Assembly: GCA_964016885.1 (NCBI GenBank)
Contig: OZ024744.1
Location: 121,768,001 to 121,832,000, forward strand
Source of the DNA: Eledone cirrhosa
Lineage: Eukaryota
Length of the DNA: 64,000 nt
Direction: 5' to 3'
A program made the translations under genes and the position numbers. A model generated the notes under the pieces. It was not told the DNA's origin. It did not search any database and saw nothing but the letters and a program-made list of their open reading frames with translations. This document shows positions 51,201-64,000 of the stretch, piece after piece. Numbering within the stretch: the first letter of the stretch is position 1; every line of letters begins with the position of its first letter.

Positions 51201-54200
51201 AACATTTCATCACTACCTTCATTCCTCTCAGCCAGTCACTTTTATCCTTCCTCAACACATGACCCAACCATCTCACACTATCTCTCTTCACAACATCCAT
51301 CACTACCTCTATTCCTCTTACCCAGTCACTTTCATACTTCCTCAACACATGAGCCAACCATCTCACACTATCTCTCTTCACAACATCCATCACTACCTCT
51401 ATTCCTCTCACCCAGTCACTTTTATCCTTCCTCAACACATGACCCAACCATCTCACACTATCTCTCTTCACAACATCCATCACTACCTCTATTTCTCTCA
51501 CCCAGTCACTTTCATACTTCCACAACACATGACCAACCATCTCACATTATCTCTCTTCACAACACCCATCACTACCTCTATTCCTCTCACCCAGTCACTT
51601 TTATCCTTCCTCAACACATGACCCAACCATCTCACACTATCTCTCTTCACAACATCCATTATTACCTCTATTCCTCTCACCCAGTCACTTTCCTACTTCC
51701 TCAACACACGACCCAACCATCTCACACTAACTCTCTTCACAACATTTCATCACTACCTCTATTCCTCTCAACCAGTCACTTTCATACTTCCTCAACACAT
51801 GACCTAACCATCTCACACTATCTCTCTTCACGACATCCATCACTACCTCTGTTCCTCTCACCCAGTCACTTTCATACTTCCTCAACACATGAACCAACCA
51901 TCTCACACTATCTCTCTTAACAACATTTCATCACTACCTCTATTCCTCTCACCCAGTCACTTTCATGCTTCCTCAACACATGACCCAACCATATCACACT
52001 ATCTCTCTTCACAACATTTCATCACTACCTCTATTCCTCTCACCCAGTCACTTTCATACTTCCTCAACACATGACCCAACCATCTCACACTATCTCTCTT
52101 CACAACATCCATCACTACCTCTATTCCTCTCACCCAGTTACCTTTATACTTCCTCAACACATGACCCAACCATCTCACACTATCTCTCTTCACAACATCC
52201 ATCATTACCTCTGTTCCTCTCACCCAGTCACTTTCATACTTCCTCAACACATGACCCAACCATCTCACACTATCTCTCTTCACAACATCCATCACTACTT
52301 CTATTCCTCTCACCCAGTCACATTCATACTGCCTCAACACATGACCCAACCATCTCACACTATCTCTCTTCACAACATCCATCACTACCTCTATTCCTCT
52401 CACCCAGTCACTTTTATCCTTCCTCAACACATGACCCAACCATCTCACACTATCTCTCTTCACAACATCCATCACTACCTCTATTCCTCTCACCCAGTCA
52501 CTTTCATACTTCCACAACACATGACCAACCATCTCACATTATCTCTCTTCACAACATCCATCACTACCTCTATTCCTCTCACCCAGTCACTTTTATCCTT
52601 CCTCAACACATGACCCAACCATCTCACACTATCTCTCTTCACAACATCCATCACTACTTCTATTCTTCTCACCCAGTCACTTTTATCCTTCCTCAACACA
52701 TGACCCAACCATCTCACACTATCTCTCATCAAAACAACCATCACTACCTCTATTCCTCTCACCCAGTTACTTTTATCCTTCCTCAACACATGACCCAACC
52801 ATCTCACACTATCTCTCTTCACAACATCCATCACTACCTCTATTCCTCTCACCCAGTCACTTTCATACTTCCTCAACACATGACCCAACCATCTCACACT
52901 ATCTCTCTTCACAACATCCATCACTACCTCTATTCCTCTCACCCAGTCACTTTCATACTTCCTCAACACATGACCCAACCATCTCACACTATCTCTCTTC
53001 ACAACATCCATCACTACCTCGATTCCTCTCACCCCGTCACTTTCATACTTCCTCAACACATGACCTAACCATCTCACACTATCTCTCTTCACAACATCCA
53101 TCACTACCTCTGTTCCTCTCACCCAGTCACTTTTATCCTTCCTCAACACATGACCCAACCATCTCACACTATCTCTCTTCACAACATCCATCACTACCTC
53201 TGTTCCTCTCACCCAGTCACTTTTATCCTTCCTCAACACATGACCCAACCATCTCACACTATCTCTCTTCACAACATCCATCACTACCTCTATTCCTCTC
53301 ACCCAGTCACTTTTATACTTCCTCAACACATGACCTAACCATCTCACACTATCTCTCTTCACAACATCCATCACTACCTCTGTTCCTCTCACCCAGTCAC
53401 TTTTATCCTTCCTCAACACATGACCCAACCATCTCACACTATCTCTCTTCACAACATTTCATCACTACCTCTATTCCTCTCACCCAGTCACTTTCATACT
53501 TCCTCAACACATGACCCAAACATCTCACACTATCTCTCTTCACAACATCCATCACTACCTCTATTCCTCTCACCCAGTCACTTTTATCCTTCCTCAACAC
53601 ATGACCCAACCATCTCACACTATCTCTCTTCACAACATCCATCACTACCTCTATTCCTCTCACCCAGTCACTTTTATACTTCCTCAACACATGACCTAAC
53701 CATCTCACACTATCTCTCTTCACAACATCCATCACTACCTCTGTTCCTCTCACCCAGTCACTTTTATCCTTCCTCAACACATGACCCAACCATCTCACAC
53801 TATCTCTCTTCACAACATTTCATCACTACCTCTATTCCTCTCACCCAGTCACTTTCATACTTCCTCAACACATGACCTAAACATCTCACACTATCTCTCT
53901 TCACAACATCCATCACTACCTCTATTCCTCTCACCCAGTCACTTTTATCCTTCCTCAACACATGACCCAACCATCTCACACTATCTCTCTTCACAACATC
54001 CATTATTACCTCTGTTCTTCTCACCCAGTCACTTTCATACTTCCTCAACACATGACCCAACCATCTCACACTATCTCTCTTCACAACATCCATCACTACC
54101 TCAATTTCTCTCACCTAGTCACTTTTATCCTTCCTCAACACATGACCCAACCATCTCACACTATCTCTCTTCACAACATCCATCACTACCTCTATTCTTC

Positions 54201-57200
54201 TCACCCAGTCACTTTTATCCTTCCTCAACACATGACCCAACCATCTCACACTATCTCTCATCACAACAACCATCACTACCTCTATTCCTCTCACCCAGTT
54301 ACTTTTATCCTTCCTCAACACATGACCCAGCCATCTCACACTATCTCTCTTCACAACATCCACCATTACTTCTGTTCCTCTCATCCAGTCACTTTCATAC
54401 TTCCTCAACACATGACCCAACCATCTCACACTATCTCTCTTCACAACATCCATCACTACCTCTATTCCTCTCACCCAGTCACTTTCATACTTCCTCAACA
54501 CATGACCCAACCATCTCACACTATCTCTCTTCACAACATCCATCACTACCTCTGTTCCTCTCACCCAGTCACTTTTATCCTTCCTCAACACATGACCCAA
54601 CCATCTAACACTATCTCTCTTCACAACATTTCATCACTACCTTCATTCCTCTCAGCCAGTCACTTTTATCCTTCCTCAACACATGACCCAACCATCTCAC
54701 ACTATCTCTCTTCACAACATCCATCACTACCTCTATTCCTCTCACCCAGTCACTTTCATACTTCCTCAACACATGAGCCAACCATCTCACACTATCTCTC
54801 TTCACAACATCCATCACTAACCCTATTCCTCTCACCCAGCCACTTTTATCCTTCCTCAACACATGACCCAACCATCTCACACTATCTCTCTTCACAACAT
54901 CCATCACTACCTCTATTCCTCTCACCCAGTCACTTTCATACTTCCACAACACATGACCAACCATCTCACATTATCTCTCTTCACAACACCCATCACTACC
55001 TCTATTCCTCTCACCCAGTTACCTTTATCCTTCCTCAACACATGACCCAACCATCTCACACTATCTCTCTTCACAACATCCATCATTACCTCTGTTCCTC
55101 TCACCCAGTCACTTTCATACTTCCTCAACACATGACCCAACCATCTCACACTATCTCTCTTCACAACATCCATCACTACTTCTATTCCTCTCACCCAGTC
55201 ACATTCATACTGCCTCAACACATGACCCAACCATCTTACACTATCTCTCTTCACAACATCCATCACTACCTCTATTCCTCTCACCCAGTCACTTTCATAC
55301 TTCCACAACACATGACCAACCATCTCACATTATCTCTCTTCACAACATCCATCACTACCTCTATTCCTCTCACCGAGTCACTTTTATCCTTCCTCAACAC
55401 ATGACCCAACCATCTCACACTATCTCTCTTCACAATATCCATTACTACCTCTGTTCCTCTCACCCAGTCACTTTCATACTTCCTCAACATATGACCCAAC
55501 CATCTCACACTATCTCTCTTCACAACATTTCATCACTACATCTATTCCTCTCAACCAGTCACTTTCAAACTTCCTCAACACATGACCTAACCATCTCACA
55601 CTATCTCTCTTCACAACATTTCATCACTACCTCTATTACTCTCACCCAGTCACATTCATACTGCTTCAACACATGACCCAAACATCTCACACTATCTCTC
55701 TTCACAACATCCATCACTACCTCTATTCCTCTCACCCAGTCACTTTCATACTTCCTCAACACATGAACCAACCATCTCACACTATCTCTCTTCACAACAT
55801 TTCATCACTACCTCTATTCCTCTCACCCAGTCACATTCATGCTTCCTCAACACATGACCCAACCATCTCACACTATCTCTCTTCACAACATTCATCAATA
55901 CATCTATTCCCCTCACGCAGTCACTTTTATACTTCTTCAACACATGACCCAACCATCTCACACTATCTCTCTTCACAACATCCATCACTACATCTATTCC
56001 TCTCACCCAGTCACTTTTATCCTTCCTCAGCACATGACCCAACCATCTCACACTATCTGTCTTCACAACATCCATCACTACCTCTATTCTTCTCACCCAG
56101 TCACTTTTATCCTTCTTCAACACATGACCCAACCATCTCACACTATCTCTCATCACAACAACCATCACTACCTCTATTCCTCTCACCCAGTTACTTTTAT
56201 CCTTCCTCAACACATGACCCAACCATCTCACACTATCTCTCTTCACAACATCCATCACTACCTCTATTCCTCTCACCCAGTCACTTTCATACTTCCTCAA
56301 CACATGACCCAACCATCTCACACTATCTCTCTTCACAACATCCATCATTACCTCTATTCCTCTCACCCAGTCACTTTCATACTTCCTCAACACATGACCC
56401 AACCATCTCACACTATCTCTCTTCACAACATCCATCACTACCTCTATTCCTCTCACCCCGTCACTTTCATACTTCCTCAACACATGACCTAACCATCTCA
56501 CACTATCTCTCTTCACAACATCCATCACTACCTCTGTTCCTCTCACCCAGTCACTTTTATCCTTCCTCAACACATGACCCAACCATCTCATACTATCTCT
56601 CTTCACAACATCCATCACTACCTCTGTTCCTCTCACCCAGTCACTTTTATCCATCCTCAACACATGACCCAACCATCTCACACTATCTCTCTTCACAACA
56701 TTTCATCACTACCTCTATTCCTCTCACCCAGTCACTTTCATACTTCCTCAACACATGACCCAAACATCTCACACTATCTCTCTTCACAACATCCATCACT
56801 ATCTCTATTCCTCTCAACCAGTCACTTTTATCCTTCCTCAACACATGACCTAACCATCTCATACTATCTCTCTTCACAACATCCATCACTACCTCTATTC
56901 CTCTCACCCAGTCACTATTATACTTCCTCAACACATGACCTAACCATCTCACACTATCTCTCTTCACAACATCCATTATTACCTCTGTTCTTCTCACCCA
57001 GTCACTTTCATACTTCCTCAACACATGACCCAACCATCTCACACTATCTCTCTTCACAACATCCATCACTACCTCAATTTCTCTCACCCAGTCACTTTTA
57101 TCCTTCCTCAACAGATGACCCAACCATCTCACACTATCTCTCTTCACAACATCCATCACTACCTCTATTCTTCTCACCCAGTCACTTTTATCCTTCCTCA

Positions 57201-60200
57201 ACACATGACCCAACCATCTCACACTATCTCTCATCACAACAACCATCACTACCTCTATTCCTCTCACCCAGTTACTTTTATCCTTCCTCAACACATGACC
57301 CAGCCATCTCACACTATCTCTCTTCACAACATCCATCATTACTTCTGTTCCTCTCATCCAGTCACTTTCATACTTCCTCAACACATGACCCAACCATCTC
57401 ACACTATCTCTCTTCACAACATCCATCACTACCTCTATTCCTCTCACCCAGTCACTTTTATACTTCCTCAACACATGACCCAACCATCTCACACTATCTC
57501 TCTTCACAACATCCATCACTACCTCTGTTCCTCTCACCCAGTCACTTTTATCCTTCCTCAACACATGACCCAACCATCTAACACTATCTCTCTTCACAAC
57601 ATTTCATCACTACCTTCATTCCTCTCAGCCAGTCACTTTTATCCTTCCTCAACACATGACCCAACCATCTCACACTATCTCTCTTCACAACATCCATCAC
57701 TACTTCTATTCCTCTCACCCAGTCACTTTCATACTTCCTCAACACATGAGCCAACCATCTCACACTATCTCTCTTCACAACATCCATCACTACCTCTATT
57801 CCTCTCACCCAGTCACTTTTATCCTTCCTCAACACATGACCCAACCATCTCACACTATCTCTCTTCACAACATCCATCACTACCTCTATTCCTCTCACCC
57901 AGTCACTTTCATACTTCCACAACACATGACCAACCATCTCACATTATCTCTCTTCACGACACCCATCACTACCTCTATTCCTCTCACCCAGTCACTTTAA
58001 TACTTCCTCAACACATGAACCAACCATCTCACACTATCTCTCTTCACAACATTTCATCACTACCTCTATTCCTCTCACCCAGTCACTTTCATGCTTCCTC
58101 AACACATGACCCAACCATCTCACACTATCTCTCTTCACAACATTTCATCACTACCTCTATTCTTCTCACCCAGTCACTTTCATACTTCCTCAACACATGA
58201 CCCAACCATCTCACACTATCTCTCTTCACAACATCCATCACTACCTCTATTCCTCTCACCCAGTTACCTTTATCCTTCCTCAACACATGACCCAACCATC
58301 TCACACTATCTCTCTTCACAACACCCATCATTACCTCTGTTCCTCTCACCCAGTCACTTTCATACTTCCCCAACACATGACCCAACCATCTCACACTATC
58401 TCTCTTCACAACATCCATCACTACTTCTATTCCTCCCACCCAGTCACATTCATACTGCCTCAACACATGACCCAACCATCTCACACTATCTCTCTTCACA
58501 ACATCCATCATTACCTCTATTCCTCTCACCCAGTCACTTTTATCCTTCCTCAACACATGACCCAACCATCTCACACTATCTCTCTTCACAACATCCATCA
58601 CTACCTCTATTCCTCTCACCCAGTTACCTTTATACTTCCTCAACACATGACCCAACCATCTCACACTATCTCTCTTCACAACATCCATCATTACCTCTGT
58701 TCCTCTCACCCAGTCACTTTCATACTTCCTCAACACATGACCCAACCATCTCACACTATCTCTCTTCACAACATCCATCACTACTTCTATTCCTCTCACC
58801 CAGTCACATTCATACTGCCTCAACACATGACCCAACCATCTCACACTATCTCTCTTCACAACATCCATCACTACCTCTATTCCTCTCACCCAGTCACTTT
58901 TATCCTTCCTCAACACATGACCCAACCATCTCACACTATCTCTCTTCACAACATCCATCACTACCTCTATTCCTCTCACCCAGTCACTTTCATACTTCCA
59001 CAACACATGACCAACCATCTCACATTATCTCTCTTCACAACATCCATCACTACCTCTATTCCTCTCACCCAGTCACTTTTATCCTTCCTCAACACATGAC
59101 CCAACCATCTCACACTATCTCTCTTCACAACATCCATCACTACTTCTATTCTTCTCACCCAGTCACTTTTATCCTTCCTCAACACATGACCCAACCATCT
59201 CACACTATCTCTCATCAAAACAACCATCACTACCTCTATTCCTCTCACCCAGTTACTTTTATCCTTCCTCAACACATGACCCAACCATCTCACACTATCT
59301 CTCTTCACAACATCCATCACTACCTCTATTCCTCTCACCCAGTCACTTTCATACTTCCTCAACACATGACCCAACCATCTCACACTATCTCTCTTCACAA
59401 CATCCATCACTACCTCTATTCCTCTCACCCAGTCACTTTCATACTTCCTCAACACATGACCCAACCATCTCACACTATCTCTCTTCACAACATCCATCAC
59501 TACCTCGATTCCTCTCACCCCGTCACTTTCATACTTCCTCAACACATGACCTAACCATCTCACACTATCTCTCTTCACAACATCCATCACTACCTCTGTT
59601 CCTCTCACCCAGTCACTTTTATCCTTCCTCAACACATGACCCAACCATCTCACACTATCTCTCTTCACAACATCCATCACTACCTCTGTTCCTCTCACCC
59701 AGTCACTTTTATCCTTCCTCAACACATGACCCAACCATCTCACACTATCTCTCTTCACAACATTTCATCACTACCTCTATTCCTCTCACCCAGTCACTTT
59801 CATACTTCCTCAACACATGACCCAAACATCTCACACTATCTCTCTTCACAACATCCATCACTACCTCTATTCCTCTCACCCAGTCACTTTTATCCTTCCT
59901 CAACACATGACCCAACCATCTCACACTATCTCTCTTCACAACATCCATCACTACCTCTATTCCTCTCACCCAGTCACTTTTATACTTCCTCAGCACATGA
60001 CCTAACCATCTCACACTATCTCTCTTCACAACATCCATCACTACCTCTGTTCCTCTCACCCAGTCACTTTTATCCTTCCTCAACACATGACCCAACCATC
60101 TCACACTATCTCTCTTCACAACATTTCATCACTACCTCTATTCCTCTCACCCAGTCACTTTCATACTTCCTCAACACATGACCTAAACATCTCACACTAT

Positions 60201-63200
60201 CTCTCTTCACAACATCCATCACTACCTCTATTCCTCTCACCCAGTCACTTTTATCCTTCCTCAACACATGACCCAACCATCTCACACTATCTCTCTTCAC
60301 AACATCCATTATTACCTCTGTTCTTCTCACCCAGTCACTTTCATACTTCCTCAACACATGACCCAACCATCTCACACTATCTCTCTTCACAACATCCATC
60401 ACTACATCAATTTCTCTCACCTAGTCACTTTTATCCTTCCTCAACACATGACCCAACCATCTCACACTATCTCTCTTCACAACATCCATCACTACCTCTA
60501 TTCTTCTCACCCAGTCACTTTTATCCTTCCTCAACACATGACCCAACCATCTCACACTATCTCTCATCACAACAACCATCACTACCTCTATTCCTCTCAC
60601 CCAGTTACTTTTATCCTTCCTCAACACATGACCCAGCCATCTCACACTATCTCTCTTCACAACATCCACCATTACTTCTGTTCCTCTCATCCAGTCACTT
60701 TCATACTTCCTCAACACATGACCCAACCATCTCACACTATCTCTCTTCACAACATCCATCACTACCTCTATTCCTCTCACCCAGTCACTTTCATACTTCC
60801 TCAACACATGACCCAACCATCTCACACTATCTCTCTTCACAACATCCATCACTACCTCTGTTCCTCTCACCCAGTCACTTTTATCCTTCCTCAACACATG
60901 ACCCAACCATCTAACACTATCTCTCTTCACAACATTTCATCACTACCTTCATTCCTCTCAGCCAGTCACTTTTATCCTTCCTCAACACATGACCCAACCA
61001 TCTCACACTATCTCTCTTCACAACATCCATCACTACCTCTATTCCTCTCACCCAGTCACTTTCATACTTCCTCAACACATGAGCCAACCATCTCACACTA
61101 TCTCTCTTCACAACATCCATCACTAACCCTATTCCTCTCACCCAGCCACTTTTATCCTTCCTCAACACATGACCCAACCATCTCACACTATCTCTCTTCA
61201 CAACATCCATCACTACCTCTATTCCTCTCACCCAGTCACTTTCATACTTCCACAACACATGACCAACCATCTCACATTATCTCTCTTCACAACACCCATC
61301 ACTACCTCTATTCCTCTCACCCAGTTACCTTTATCCTTCCTCAACACATGACCCAACCATCTCACACTATCTCTCTTCACAACATCCATCATTACCTCTG
61401 TTCCTCTCACCCAGTCACTTTCATACTTCCTCAACACATGACCCAACCATCTCACACTATCTCTCTTCACAACATCCATCACTACTTCTATTCCTCTCAC
61501 CCAGTCACATTCATACTGCCTCAACACATGACCCAACCATCTTACACTATCTCTCTTCACAACATCCATCACTACCTCTATTCCTCTCACCCAGTCACTT
61601 TCATACTTCCACAACACATGACCAACCATCTCACATTATCTCTCTTCACAACATCCATCACTACCTCTATTCCTCTCACCGAGTCACTTTTATCCTTCCT
61701 CAACACATGACCCAACCATCTCACACTATCTCTCTTCACAACATCCATTACTACCTCTGTTCCTCTCACCCAGTCACTTTCATACTTCCTCAACATATGA
61801 CCCAACCATCTCACACTATCTCTCTTCACAACATTTCATCACTACATCTATTCCTCTCAACCAGTCACTTTCAAACTTCCTCAACACATGACCTAACCAT
61901 CTCACACTATCTCTCTTCACAACATTTCATCACTACCTCTATTACTCTCACCCAGTCACATTCATACTGCTTCAACACATGACCCAAACATCTCACACTA
62001 TCTCTCTTCACAACATCCATCACTACCTCTATTCCTCTCACCCAGTCACTTTCATACTTCCTCAACACATGAACCAACCATCTCACACTATCTCTCTTCA
62101 CAACATTTCATCACTACCTCTATTCCTCTCACCCAGTCACATTCATGCTTCCTCAACACATGACCCAACCATCTCACACTATCTCTCTTCACAACATTCA
62201 TCAATACATCTATTCCCCTCACGCAGTCACTTTTATACTTCTTCAACACATGACCCAACCATCTCACACTATCTCTCTTCACAACATCCATCACTACATC
62301 TATTCCTCTCACCCAGTCACTTTTATCCTTCCTCAACACATGACCCAACCATCTCACACTATCTGTCTTCACAAAATCCATCACTACCTCTATTCTTCTC
62401 ACCCAGTCACTTTTATCCTTCTTCAACACATGACCCAACCATCTCACACTATCTCTCATCACAACAACCATCACTACCTCTATTCCTCTCACCCAGTTAC
62501 TTTTATCCTTCCTCAACACATGACCCAACCATCTCACACTATCTCTCTTCACAACATCCATCACTACCTCTATTCCTCTCACCCAGTCACTTTCATACTT
62601 CCTCAACACATGACCCAACCATCTCACACTATCTCTCTTCACAACATCCATCATTACCTCTATTCCTCTCACCCAGTCACTTTCATACTTCCTCAACACA
62701 TGACCCAACCATCTCACACTATCTCTCTTCACAACATCCATCACTACCTCTATTCCTCTCACCCCGTCACTTTCATACTTCCTCAACACATGACCTAACC
62801 ATCTCACACTATCTCTCTTCACAACATCCATCACTACCTCTGTTCCTCTCACCCAGTCACTTTTATCCTTCCTCAACACATGACCCAACCATCTCATACT
62901 ATCTCTCTTCACAACATCCATCACTACCTCTGTTCCTCTCACCCAGTCACTTTTATCCATCCTCAACACATGACCCAACCATCTCACACTATCTCTCTTC
63001 ACAACATTTCATCACTACCTCTATTCCTCTCACCCAGTCACTTTCATACTTCCTCAACACATGACCCAAACATCTCACACTATCTCTCTTCACAACATCC
63101 ATCACTATCTCTATTCCTCTCAACCAGTCACTTTTATCCTTCCTCAACACATGACCTAACCATCTCATACTATCTCTCTTCACAACATCCATCACTACCT

Positions 63201-64000
63201 CTATTCCTCTCACCCAGTCACTATTATACTTCCTCAACACATGACCTAACCATCTCACACTATCTCTCTTCACAACATCCATTATTACCTCTGTTCTTCT
63301 CACCCAGTCACTTTCATACTTCCTCAACACATGACCCAACCATCTCACACTATCTCTCTTCACAACATCCATCACTACCTCAATTTCTCTCACCCAGTCA
63401 CTTTTATCCTTCCTCAACAGATGACCCAACCATCTCACACTATCTCTCTTCACAACATCCATCACTACCTCTATTCTTCTCACCCAGTCACTTTTATCCT
63501 TCCTCAACACATGACCCAACCATCTCACACTATCTCTCATCACAACAACCATCACTACCTCTATTCCTCTCACCCAGTTACTTTTATCCTTCCTCAACAC
63601 ATGACCCAGCCATCTCACACTATCTCTCTTCACAACATCCATCATTACTTCTGTTCCTCTCATCCAGTCACTTTCATACTTCCTCAACACATGACCCAAC
63701 CATCTCACACTATCTCTCTTCACAACATCCATCACTACCTCTATTCCTCTCACCCAGTCACTTTTATACTTCCTCAACACATGACCCAACCATCTCACAC
63801 TATCTCTCTTCACAACATCCATCACTACCTCTGTTCCTCTCACCCAGTCACTTTTATCCTTCCTCAACACATGACCCAACCATCTAACACTATCTCTCTT
63901 CACAACATTTCATCACTACCTTCATTCCTCTCAGCCAGTCACTTTTATCCTTCCTCAACACATGACCCAACCATCTCACACTATCTCTCTTCACAACATC
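33281..64000. repeat. 90-bp satellite, ~340 units, running off the window end; probably derived from LINE ORF2
   Basis: Consensus acacatgacccaaccatctcacactatctctcttcacaacatccatcactacctctattcctctcacccagtcactttcatacttcctca; 89- and 91-bp variants appear after ~39.5 kb. Confidence 0.98.

Noticed and set aside
33335-63903. His/Ser-rich (MTQPSHTISLHNIHH...) and Val/Arg-rich giant ORFs as real genes
   Set aside because: They follow automatically from a 90-bp stop-poor monomer; stops and frameshifts are scattered and there is no unique N- or C-terminal domain
33281-64000. CRISPR array
   Set aside because: No unique spacers, no cas genes, eukaryotic context

Overview
Eukaryotic, repeat-saturated animal DNA with no recognisable host gene. 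The SINE types and the (TA)n/(TATG)n/(CA)n density resemble coleoid cephalopod (octopus-like) genomes; this is inference. Bases 1-33.2 kb are a nested graveyard of retroelements joined by microsatellites: Penelope-like (GIY-YIG) elements with inverted pseudo-LTRs, RTE-clade LINEs of at least three families, R4/Dong-like RLE LINEs sitting in (TATG)n tracts, tRNA-derived SINEs and one non-autonomous Helitron. At least five different minimal hammerhead-ribozyme motifs can be folded by eye in these repeats. From ~33,281 to the window end lies a >30 kb satellite of ~340 x 90-bp units. Its minus strand reads as a 30-codon piece of LINE ORF2 (RWLGHVLR motif), and it carries kb-scale higher-order duplications. 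Coordinates were read by eye and boundaries are approximate.
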